Positions 1 to 10,822 of a stretch of DNA of 64,000 nt are shown in pieces. The notes under the pieces are model-generated. The model had not been told where the DNA came from. It saw only the letters and a program-made list of their open reading frames with translations, and did not search any database. Position numbers and translations under genes: made by a program. Origin of the DNA: Tricharina praecox. Its lineage: Eukaryota. The stretch is from positions 868,001 through 932,000 of the forward strand of contig NW_026250409.1 in NCBI RefSeq assembly GCF_024521635.1, given 5' to 3'. Position 1 is the first letter of the stretch, and every line of letters begins with the position of its first letter.

Positions 1-1876
1 GTGACCTTCATCGATGATCATGTAGTTCCATTTGACCTTGCTCAGAATCGGGCGGTCCTTGATAATGTACTCGTAGGTAGTCAACAGAACCTGCCAATTG
101 CCGTATTTGATGTGGTTTTGCTGGGTTTTCCGAATACTAGGCGGCCCCTTGTACACAATTTTCCCCACTGTAGGGGCCCACTTCTCGAATTCGATGGTCC
201 AATTGGTGAGAGTACTCAATGGTACAATCACCAAGAACGGCCCATTCTGGTTCTTCTTCTCAATCAGGTACGTTACCAGTGAAATCGTCTCTGTATCGCG
301 ATGGTTAACAGGGCTCACACCTCAACAATCAAGCCAGATATATCTTACGAATGGTTTTTCCAAGACCCATCTCGTCGGCCAAGATACCGTTCAAGTTATT
401 GTTGTACAGCGAAATCATCCACTGCAAACCCTTGACTTGATACTCCTTCAAGGTTCCACCAGTCAAAATCGCGGGTTGCACCTTGATTTCTTCCTTGATA
501 CGATGAGCAACATTGAAGTAGTCCACCTTTCCTTCCTCCACCTCATTGGCATCCTCCGCATAGTAACCTTCGTTTTCACCATAGTTCTGAACAGCATCGC
601 GTTGCTGCTGTCGGACACTAGCTGCAAGCGAGTGGAGGAACGAATCGGTCTGCTTGAGAAGATGTGTGATACGAGTATCCTTCGCCTGACCAAGCAATTT
701 GAAGTAGGCAACCTCGTCGTTGGCCTTGAGAGCCTGCAGACGCTGCTTGGCCATACGCTCCATCCTCTTCTGCTCCTCCTTCTCCATGAACTGATGGTGG
801 CTCTGCATCAGGCGTCCCAGCTTCTGAGCCTTTGCCTCCTTGGCCCGAGCCGCCGCCTTGATCTCGGTGCCGTGCGCAATAACACCCAGGATGTAATCCA
901 CATGCTTGCGCCGTTCCTTCTGTTCGCGCTGATCCCGTTGCTGTTTCTCCAGCTTTTCGGTCATACGCGCTTCCCGCAAGGACTGCTTCTTCATACGTCT
1001 GAACATGGAGCGATTCGACGAAACCGCGAGATTGTCGGCATGGACCATACGATTGACAAGATCCTGGCGCATCGCTCGCTGCCTCGACTGAAGGCAAAGT
1101 GCTTTATATTCGATCAACGCCTTCAGCTTGAGAGAGTCATCAACAACATCCAAGCCTTTCTTGGTGTTGAATTCGGCCAGATTGCTAGGCAAGTCTTCAA
1201 GCTCAGCTTTTCGCGCGGCGATTCGGTTGTGCTTGACACGTTCGCGTTCCTCTTGGAGGTGGGCGACATCGATTCCTGTAGGCATGATGCTGGGGATCAT
1301 GAGCCTCTTTTCGCGCGAGCCGTGGTCATGGTATGAGATAAAGGCCTGGAGGTGGTTCCAAGGGGACTCATAATCAGGCTGCCGTCGCTTGTCCTTCAGT
1401 TTGTCAATAGCAGTCGATACTCCTTGCACGGTTGGTGTCTGGGAGCCAGGCCTCGGAGGGTAAAGGAACGCCGCCTGGATGTTAGCCGGCACGGACTTGT
1501 TACGAGTGATGAACTTGAATGCCATAATCTGACTCCTCAAGACAGCAAGTTGTTCCGGAGTAAAGCTGGAGCTAGCAGAGTTGACGGATTGTGCCATATT
1601 CGGTGCCATAGTTTGCGTACCCTTGCCGCCGGCAAGCATCATTGTCATTGGGTCCATCGCGGGGCGCTGCTTTGGCGAAGACGGGGAGTTGTAGCCCTGG
1701 GGTGATGCCTGAGGGACGGGACGGGATTGCGATAATCGACCTACACGGCCCGATGTCAGTAGATATGGCGGGAATGGAAAGGCATGCGCCGTACCATTTA
1801 CTTGCGGCACGCCCTGGGGCACAGCGCGGCTATCACCAGGGCCACCAGCGTGATGTTGGATCTGCTGCTGTTGTTG

Positions 1877-1907
<31 letters not shown>

Positions 1908-2221
1908 TGTTGATGGGCCATGTGCTGGCGCGCCTGGACCATCTTTAAGTAGTTCGACAGCTGCGCGAACTCGGGGTTCGACTCGTTCGCGCCTTGCTCT
2001 TTCATGGTTTTCCATTTCTGCGTGACAGGTGAGCGACGGCGATCAGCGATTTAAACCCAGGGAAAACAGAAAGTGGAAAAGTTACGATATGACGGTATGA
2101 GGCTCACGCGGCAAGGGCGAGCGGGTCTGTTACGTACCTGGAATACACTTGCTACTTGTTCTTTGGAAATACTGCCGGACATGGACTGCGGCGGCATAAC
2201 GCCATTCGAATGGACGTTCAT
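1..2221 (-). CDS. snf21: SWI/SNF-RSC catalytic ATPase (Snf2/Sth1/Snf21 family), 5' part; runs off the window start; spliced
   Basis: Poly-Q N-terminus, QLQ domain ([18 protein letters not shown]), HSA region ([29 protein letters not shown]), helicase motifs [33 protein letters not shown] and MIIDEGH. Introns at about 2018-2137, 1741-1793 and 291-348. ATG at 2221 is inferred. Confidence 0.95.
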
Positions 2222-2706
2222 AGGGGGCGCCGGGTCGGAGCGGTAGCCGACGTGGGTCGTGAGTGCCCCAGTGACCGAGGGTGGGTTAAGCGGGCTGTCC
2301 GAAGATCTTGGAACCGCGGAGGTGTTGAGTTCGACGCGTGTAGTTTGAGGTGATTGTCGTGTTTGGTGGTGTCGCGTTGCCTTGGGTGAGTGAGAAGGAG
2401 CGAGAACGGTCGCTAGGCGCAGTTCGATGGGGTTGCGAGAGAACTGGAGGCGGAGGCAGGGGGGCAAAGAAAGCGAGCAAGCGTGAGAAGAAGGTTACTA
2501 CCACGTCTGCAACTGCGCAAATAGCGCGAGGCGGCTTTCGGAGAGAAGAAACAGTAAGAAGAAAGAATCTCCTGCTATTATTTCTTGTTTCTCTGTATTG
2601 TGTTGAGCGCGGTTTCGATGGTGAGGATTTTCAGTGGTATCTGCGAACGTAACCGACAAGACGATCGCGCAAGAGGGCGGAGCAGTTGATGTGGCGGTGC
2701 GAGTGT

Positions 2707-2713
2707 TGACTCA
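2707..2713. promoter_or_regulatory. Candidate Gcn4/CpcA (AP-1) site TGACTCA in the divergent snf21/ADO1 promoter
   Basis: Perfect TGACTCA about 230 bp upstream of the ADO1 ATG. A single short motif can occur by chance. Confidence 0.35.
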
Positions 2714-2937
2714 GGTGTGGCGGAAACTCTGTGGTGGAAGTGCTGTGTGGCGAGTGGTGTGGCTGCCAGTTGGGATTCTAGTTAGCCTTTCCTGATTGAA
2801 TGCAATGCCAAGACAAACCCCGCGATGCTTGCGGTCCAGCCCAAGAACTCAATTCTCCTCCTGCCCGCACTCAATTCAATCACCGTTGATAAACCGAATA
2901 CCGCATCTCAATCCTCAATTCTCGAAAGAAAGAAAAA

Positions 2938-4280
2938 ATGGCCTCCCAAGATTACCAGCTTTTCTGCCTCGGCAACCCCCTTCTTGGTATTCCGACTCCC
3001 TATCCGAAAACCCTGAATTTCAGTTGCTAACTGTGATATCGTCGCAAAGACATCCAGGCCACTTGGTGGGTTATCTGCTCATCCGGCTACAGCCATTGAT
3101 CGCTCGCTGAACTGCCCATAGCGACCAGGCCGTTCTTGACAAATACAACCTGAAGGAGAACGATGCGATCCTGGCGGAGGAGAAGCACATGCCCATTTAC
3201 GAGGATCTGACCACCAAGTACACGGCCAAGTTCCTCGCTGGTGGTGCTGCCCAGAACGCCGCTCGCGGAGCTCAAGTGGGTTCCCTTTACTCAATCCGAG
3301 GGGTAATCATCGGTTTCTAATGCGTGCATGACAGTACGTTCTTCCCGCCAAATCGGCCGTCTACGTCGGATGTGTCGGTAAGGATGCGTCGGCCGACCAG
3401 CTCCGTGAAGCCAACGAGCGCGAGGGACTTCGCACCGAGTACAGAATTGACGTGGAGCACCCCACCGGTCGTTGTGGTGTCGTGATCACTGGTCACCACC
3501 GTTCCATGGTTACCGACTTGGCTGCCGCCAACCACTACAAGCTCGAGCACCTCAAGTCTCCTGAGATCTGGGCACTCGTTGAGAATGCGAAAGTCTTCTA
3601 TGTCGGTGGTTTCCATTTGACCGTCTGTGTTCCGGCTATCCTGGCCCTTGCCGAGCACGCCGCCGAGACCAACAAGGTACCCATACGGTTCCTGGGTGAT
3701 AGTGTATGAACAGTGTCTGACTTCCACACAGATTTTCTCCATGAACCTCTCTGCTCCCTTCTTGCCCCAGTTCTTCAAGGAGCAGCTCGACTCTTGCGCT
3801 CCCTACTGGGACTACCTGATCGGTAACGAATCTGAAGCTCTTGCTTACGCCGAGTCCCACAACCTCAAGGTGAATACCCCTTCTCAAATGCGCCCTTCCT
3901 CTGCTAAACATACTTCGTGCATCTAGACCACCGACATCACCGAGATCGCCAAGGCCATTGCTGCCATCCCCAAGAAGAACACTGCCCGTCCCCGTGTTGT
4001 CGTCATCACCCAGGGCACTCTCCCCACTATCGTCGTGACCTCCGGCTCCGCTGAGCCTAAGGTCCAGTCTTTCCCCGTGCGCGAGGTCGACGGCAAGAGC
4101 ATTGTCGACACCAATGGTGCCGGTGATGCCTTCGCTGGAGGATTCCTCGGTGGAGTCGTCCAGGGCAAGTCGATTGAGACTTGCGTCGACATGGGACAGT
4201 GGCTCGCCAGCTTGAGCATCCAGGAGCTCGGACCCGCGTACCCCACTGTGAAGAAGGCGTACGCTGGACACAACTTTTAG
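2938..4280 (+). CDS. ADO1: Adenosine kinase (PfkB/ribokinase family), spliced
   Basis: MASQDYQLFCLGNPLL start, AGGAAQNAARG, TGRCGVVITGHHRSMVTDLAAANHYK, YLIGNESEA and the PfkB signature DTNGAGDAFAGGF. Four short introns. Confidence 0.96.
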
Positions 4281-4573
4281 ATTATACTGTAAGGTATAAG
4301 GAGAAATTGCGTAACATAGCATAGCATATTCACGTTCAACACTTTAATGCATTGGGGATAGGATAGGCACGGGGGTTACGGAGTCTTGTACTGTTTCAAC
4401 AAACAAAAAAATCTCATTCGGTTCATCTATTCTCGATGGGCTACCATCTACTTCGCGCTTGTTGTCTCCATGATATCGTCATCTTCTCATCAAACCCATG
4501 TCAGCCGGTGCCTTCGCACAAGATTACTAGACTACAGCTGTCCATCCGTCCCAATGCCCTCGTCCCCTCCCGT

Positions 4574-6825
4574 TCATAGCTCATATGGTTTCTTCCCTAA
4601 TTCATAAGCCCCTATCCATACCATATGCAATGGCCGAGGATCACTTACGTTTCTTCCCCACAACCTCATCATCGCTCGCATCCTCTCTAGGACCGACAAG
4701 AGAATCCACCATACGATTCATGACAATCATAGTCTCTGACCCGGTAACAGAGTCCACAATACTCGCGCCTCCCTGTCCCAGCACACTCTCTGCCAACGAG
4801 CCCTCGGGGCGCGTGAGCTTTTTGCTGATGAAGGCCGATTCGCTGCCGGTGATGTTTAGACTCGAGTTCATCCCGATCGATGGCGTGCTGGTCAGGATCC
4901 CTTCTTCTTTGTACGTTATCGTGCCATCGCTCGAGGCTGTGATTGGAACATCCTATTGTGGTGGTTAGTTAATCGTGAACTGGTGGCGGACGAAGGGATG
5001 GGATACTTCTTTGAGACACAGATGCTTTCCATCCTCGAGGAGGAAATGGATCCGTGCCAGAACCTCCTCGTTCGGATGCGCGCGATCCGTCTCCCCCCTC
5101 TGCTCGTCTTTCCAATTCACAGTAGTATTCCCATTGATCTGCGCAAACGGCTGAAAGCCGAGGGTATCATCGTCTTCTTCGAGGAGATAATCCAGTGTGG
5201 GAAAGTTGTCCATACTGATACTGAAGGTGGCAGCAAGCAGAGACAGGGTGTTGGCGTATGTCTGCCATAACTGCTTGATCAGAACGGAGATTGCAGTGCC
5301 TGTTTGCTGGTTCACAAGGATAGGATGGTTGACTTGGAGCCAAGTGGAGTATATTCGCAGGCTGGGAAGCATTCGGCGGCCAATTGCGCTAAGGTTTTCA
5401 GCATCGTTGGAGGTACGTTCGCCAACGGCCCGTTCGAGCTCGGGTTGGAATACTTGATGGAGGGTGGTGAATGTGGCCACATTCAGACGGAGAAAGCTGA
5501 CGAAAGAGTGGGAGGTCGCATGGCCTGGGGAAGTCAGTTAATAATCCGCACAATCTGAAGCAGCTGGCTGGCATACGGGATGCCCGTTTGGCGGCAAAGT
5601 ATTGGGCCGCGATGTTGATCAGGACCATCTTCGTCAAGATCCCATTCGACAAATTTCGGTCTTTAAGATCCTGCGCGAGCTGCGTCAACATCTCGCTCTC
5701 CAAGCTCTCGTAATCGGAAAAGCTAGACAGCCTTGATTAGTGATATGATTAGGCACCTATAACGACTGAGGTACCCACTCTCTAGCCGTATAACATTTGG
5801 CATGTAATCGGACGAATAGTGTTATCAGATCCTTCACGGATTGTTCTTCTTTCCTCATGAGGCGGGTGGTTGCCGGTGTTTCTGATTCATAAGCCTTGAG
5901 TGCTTTTCTGAAACCCTTCTCGAGGTTTTCGCTGGCTTGAGGGAATGGCTCTGCCACGGACATAGCCCGGTAAAGGTGGTATGTGGAGGATAGGTTGGAG
6001 CCTTCATTGATCGCGATGACAGCCAACTGGTTGTGTGGCGTTCCAGACACCGGAATCAAAGTTTTGGCAAGAGTATAATATCCAGTTGCGGGCCCCCAGT
6101 TTTTTGGATTTCGAGGAACTTCTCGGTATCTAGATAGGTCCCCGAGGAAGACCAAAGTGCGATGGCAGGATCGAATGACTTGCTGCCTGGTATCCGAGTT
6201 ACATTCTATGACTGTGTCCGGTATGCTCACTGCATCTGTGCATCAGCATAGCTGCCCCAATTCTGAGGAGTGAACATACTGGAGAGATGAAATCTGGTGA
6301 TGATCCATTCCAGCTCGTGGACCCCAAAGTGCGATATCAAGCGCTGGATGAACGAGCGATAGAACCGGGTGGTCTGCTTGATGAATCCAACAAAGGCATC
6401 CTGTAGCTTCCGCAGCTCCACCGGCCGTTTTTTGCCGTACTGATTCTGGAAGTGGGTAAGGTTCTTTCGGTACTGCTCAATGATCCGGTGGTGTTTGAGC
6501 CACATGCGGCCTTCAACATCCTTCTCCTGCGCGAAGCGGAAATCTTGAAAGATAACTGTCTCATATGCCTCTTGCAGTCTTCGAAATACAGAGCATCAGC
6601 TCAATCAACCAGTGGGGAAGAAGTTCGGAAACTGACTGCGTAACAGTTTGCTCAAGGAGCCGACCAGTGGACTGACGATCTTTCAGCATGGACGCTAGTT
6701 TCTTTTCCAGCGCCTCGGCTTCACTGTTCCTCCACACAACTGTATGAGCCCACTGTGCGAATTCCAAACCAAAACGCAACTAAAGCGAGCCAGAATACTG
6801 ACCTCCATTGCAGTGATGCTTCCAT
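4574..6825 (-). CDS. EST1/Ebs1/SMG6-family protein (14-3-3-like/TPR EST1 domain; telomerase or NMD factor), spliced
   Basis: CHRTLVFLGDLSRYRE...ATGYYTLAKTLIPVSGTPHNQLAVIA, LPSLRIYSTWL and YLLEEDDDTLGFQP are typical of the EST1 domain. Terminal exons (ATG 6825, TGA 4574) are inferred and less certain. Confidence 0.85.
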
Positions 6826-7045
6826 AGAGTCCGCGGGGAAGACGAGGAAATGTGGGGTCTGTCAGTGGACGTCCCTTCACATGAAGTGAGTTGGACTTCT
6901 GTAAAAGAACGGAGGAACGTCGAGCAGCTGTCAACGCTAGAATGGGCTTGGCAGCTTAAGCGAGGTTAGACGCAAGCGAACTCGAGCTCACAACCTCCTT
7001 CTATCACTCATCACAAAACTCACCACCGCCAACGCCCAACCCAAA

Positions 7046-7942
7046 ATGTCCAAGCGGCCGAGAGAACTTTCCTCACAGCTAGAAGTACTATCGACACTAC
7101 TAACACCACCTGTCGAGGAGGCTGGCAATATCGATGAAAAAACCGGGCCTTCCAAACTAGTTCGCGTCGACAGTGCAACACAGCAAATCGCTATCGTCTG
7201 CTCAGAGAAGCCTCTCTGCCAGTCGCGGCCCTTCAGCACCTACGAGGAGTACGAAGTTCACTACCACCAGACCCACACGAACCGGTGCATAGAGTGTAAG
7301 AAGAACTTTCCATCTGAGCGATTCCTGCATCTTCATATCCAAGAGACTCGTAAGGAAACCCCCCTTCTTCCTATTGCTTCACCATGACTGACTTGTTCCA
7401 GATGATCCTTTATCCCAGATCAAGTTTGAGAGAGGAGACAAAATCGTCAGTAACACACTCCCACCGGCAGAATGGAAAGGATATGCATGCTAACTTTGTC
7501 AAAGTTTGGTTGTTTTGTCGATGGATGTGACCGCATGTGCAGCACCCCGTTCAAACGGAAGAGGCATCTCATCGATAAGCACTGTTTCCCTCAGGTATGC
7601 GCCGATTACATCTGCGGGTGGACGATGGGGACGATGCTGATGGTGGAAATGTAGGACTACAACTTTTTCGTCACAAAGGATGGCATTGACAGGAGCATGT
7701 CATTACTGAACGATGGGGGACGTAATCCTTTAACCCGAAGTAGCCATGGGAATAGACGACCAAAACAAATGGAGGGCAGGGATGCATCGCCAACCTTACC
7801 CGAAATCACCCCCGATGTTGCAATGCAAGTGGAAGACGGTGCTCTACAGAAGAACGAGGATGATGGTATTAACGAGATATCCGCACTCATGACAAGCATA
7901 CGATTCGTTCCACCAAGCGTGAGATTCGGACGGAGGCGTTGA
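7046..7942 (+). CDS. C2H2 zinc-finger protein, ZNF511-like, spliced
   Basis: YEEYEVHYHQTHTNRCIECKKNFPSERFLHLHIQE(T)HDP, FGCFVDGCDRMCSTPFKRKRHLIDKHCFP and C-terminal VPPSVRFGR. Three introns. Confidence 0.85.
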
Positions 7943-8188
7943 GGAAATAAAGAGCATCAGCGTAGACGGGAGATACTGTGCCTAGCGCTATCATTTCCTG
8001 TATATAATAATTGACTGTAGACTAAATTCCCTGACGTTTCGCACACGTCTTTTTATCACTCGCTGGATAGATTGGCCATACTCAGAACCATTTGATCCAT
8101 CCCTCCATCGCTTCCGTATTATACACAAGAAGACATGTCATAACTCGCGTTCAACCAATTCGATATCCGCCCACCGCCCGTAACTTTT

Positions 8189-9053
8189 TTAATAGCCGCC
8201 TCTGCCCCTGGGCGTGAAGCCACCCCGTCCACCGCGAGGAGTGAAACCACTACCGCTACCGCCACGACCCCTAGGGGTGAAGCCTCCCCTCGATCCGCCA
8301 CGTCCTCTCGGAGCTCCACTACCGCGAGCGCCACCACGTCCTCTTGGTGTGAAACCTCCCCTTCCTCCGCGAGGAGCTCCGCGACCACCCCTGGATGCAC
8401 CGCCCCTCTTCGAGACTTTGGAACCTACACGAAGTTGGTTAGCATGGCAACAGGCGACAAGATCAAATCGTTCTGAGCATACCAGCAGGAGCCTTGGGCT
8501 TCGGCAGGAATCGGTCCAATGGCAGAAGCTTGTCACCGCCAATGTAGAATTTATCACCCTCCTTGAATGATGTAGCAACGATCCCGTCCTGCGGCTTGAC
8601 CGTGAAGTAGACCTGGTTCATCGGTCCTAGAATCTCGTCGACCTTGCCAACAACCGACTTATTCTCGAGGTATATCGGCGCATTGAAGTACGGGATTTTG
8701 GTATTGCTGGAAACGCAAACAATTTCACCTTCGCACGAGTGCATGACCGTTCCCATCTCTGCCAATTCTTCGTCAGCGACGAAACCCAATCGCTAGCGCC
8801 AATTGCGGCGCAAAACCGTCGAGCCCATGAGGGTACGCACCTTGAACTGTATCCGGGGGACCGGTGCTGAAAGAGGAGCCGCCGCGGCCACCTATAGCAG
8901 AAAGAAATCAGAAAAGCGACACACCAACGACGGCGACAGCGTCAACGACGGGTTCAATTTACCTCGACCGCCGAACCCTCCCCCTCCTCCACGGCTAGAG
9001 AACCCTCCACCACGGCCGCCTCGTCCACCGCCTCCTCCTCTGAATCCGCTCAT
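8189..9053 (-). CDS. GAR1: H/ACA snoRNP subunit Gar1, spliced
   Basis: RGG-rich ends flank the core [14 protein letters not shown]...[35 protein letters not shown]...[13 protein letters not shown]. Confidence 0.97.
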
Positions 9054-9665
9054 TTGTTTGGTGAAGTTGGGGGGGGTGTAGGTAGGAGGGTGTTGTGGGG
9101 CGGAACTGAATCAGATGTTGAACGTTGCGCGTTGGGTCGAGCGAGACAAGCAGTGGGAAAAAGTTCTGAGTTTCTTGAGAGTAGAGGGGCTTGGCGGGTT
9201 TTTTTAGCTGGTGTAACAGGCGGGCGTGCAGGGGCAGGCTCGCTAGCGTGGGGTGGTCTTCGCGGGGATGGCACCATCGATCACTCGACATCAATTCGCT
9301 GACACTTGCGGAGATGCGCCCAGCGGCCATTGTCGACACCACCGAACGGGCCTGAACAAAAAGTCGAGAGATCCATCAAAGGTGGAGAGACCGAGGACTT
9401 TCAAGGCCATTGGCCCTAGGGTCTCATTCACCGGGTACACATTCTTCGATTATTCCATTGATCTTATTACTGACCCTGATTACAGAACCTTCCAGGTAAC
9501 CGTCCGAATTGAGAAACGGCCAAGCTCAATGATCCTGCCCAAACAATATCCATATGGGTCTTGGCATCGCTTTCCGTCGTTGAAGACAGCCTGTTGATTG
9601 TTTTGACCACAACCCCGGGCCATCCAACTGCATAGATCTCCATTCGTATTCTGTTGAAAAATGTT

Positions 9666-9901
9666 CTGGGCCGACTGCAATAAAGCTTTACTGCAGGCCT
9701 ACCCGCAAACATGAGCTCATCATGGAGCCCATCCTCGAGCTCACCCTGGTCCGATTGCAACAAGGCTTTGCTGTAGGCCTACCCGCAGACATGAGCTCAT
9801 TCTTGGGTTCATTCTCGATCACATCATCGAGCTCATCGAGCCCATCCTGGACCAACCGCAACAAGACTTTACTGTAGGCCTACCCACAGACATGACCTCA
9901 T
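9666..9901. repeat. Three imperfect 55-bp direct repeats (9666-9720, 9746-9800, 9847-9901), palindrome-rich
   Basis: Consensus CTGGnCCRAYYGCAAYAARRCTTTRCTGYAGGCCTACCCRCARACATGASCTCAT seen three times, with 25- and 46-bp spacers. Confidence 0.9.
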
Positions 9902-10159
9902 CCTCGAGATCCTCTCCGAATTGGTGATCGGCAGCTCTTGAGTTCTGTCGACGATCGAACTCTTTTTCGTTGGCCCGTTTCCTTCCAGGACCTTAGATAC
10001 CTTGACCTTCTCGTCGTCGAGGGGCCTTGGTCAAGCTTGTCACCGACAGTGATCTTTCCATTACCCCCCATATACTTCTGGTATCACCGCCGCCATCAAC
10101 ACGAGCTCTCTCGTATCTTGCATACCAGGCGCCTTCCAACCCTCCACCTCTGCCTCCGT

Positions 10160-10410
10160 CGTCGTTGTTGTTGTTTTTGTTATTTTTGTTATTTTTGTTA
10201 TTTTTGTTGTTGTTGTCGTTGTTGTCGTTGTTAAATGTTATCGTCCTGCTCGTCCTGCTCGTCCTGCTCGTCCTGCTCGTCCTGCTCGTCCTGCTCGTCC
10301 TGCTCGTCCTGCTCGTCCTGCTCGTCCTGCTCATCCAGCTCCTGCTCGTCCTGCTCGTCCTCGTCCTCGTCCTCCTCTTCCTCTTCCTCTTCCTCTTCCT
10401 CTTCCTCCTT
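10160..10410. repeat. Compound microsatellite: (GTT)/(TTTTTGTTA)n, (TCGTCCTGC)x10 at 10241-10330, then (CTTCCT)n
   Basis: Tandem units are directly visible and produce spurious low-complexity ORFs in several frames. Confidence 0.95.
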
Positions 10411-10540
10411 CCTCCTTCCTTGTATCTCGTCCTCCCCTTTCCCTTATATAGCCCCCCTCTCCCCCTCTCCCTTCCTTCTCTTCTTCTCCTTCCTCATCGC
10501 AACCCTCTTTTGTCTCTTTGCTTCTGTTCACACCATCAAC

Positions 10541-10802
10541 TCTTCCGCTTTTTTGCTCCCTTTTTCTCTTCTCTCTGGTTTTGATCCTTTGCTACTACAG
10601 CTTGCCGTATCGTCGACATCACTCTTCTCACTGAGTTGATTACCTTCAATTTCAGCATACTTTTTTTTCCATCTCCAATACACACTCTCTTCTCGACTAC
10701 TCTCAGACTTACTCCCGCAATCAGTCTTCCGCTTTTTTGCTCCCTTCTCTTCCGCTATCTGGTTTTGATCCTTCGCTACTCCAGGTTACCGTATCGTCGA
10801 CA
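10541..10802. repeat. Imperfect ~78-bp direct duplication (10541-10618 and 10725-10802) just upstream of the Mei2-like ATG
   Basis: TCTTCCGCTTTTTTGCTCCC...TCTGGTTTTGATCCTTYGCTACT...CCGTATCGTCGACA is present twice. Confidence 0.9.
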
Positions 10803-10822
10803 CCTCAATTCTAGCCGTCACC

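Noticed and set aside
98..1336. Long antisense ORFs (also 27361-28215, 42448-43662, 19034-19651, 62843-63508)
   Set aside because: They are shadows opposite well-supported, codon-biased genes and carry no recognisable motifs.
9666..9901. Repeated 37-nt GT-AG mini-introns of a hidden minus-strand gene
   Set aside because: Each repeat reads GTAGGC...CCAG on the minus strand, but there is no branch point, the length is below that of other introns here, and removing the first one gives an immediate stop.
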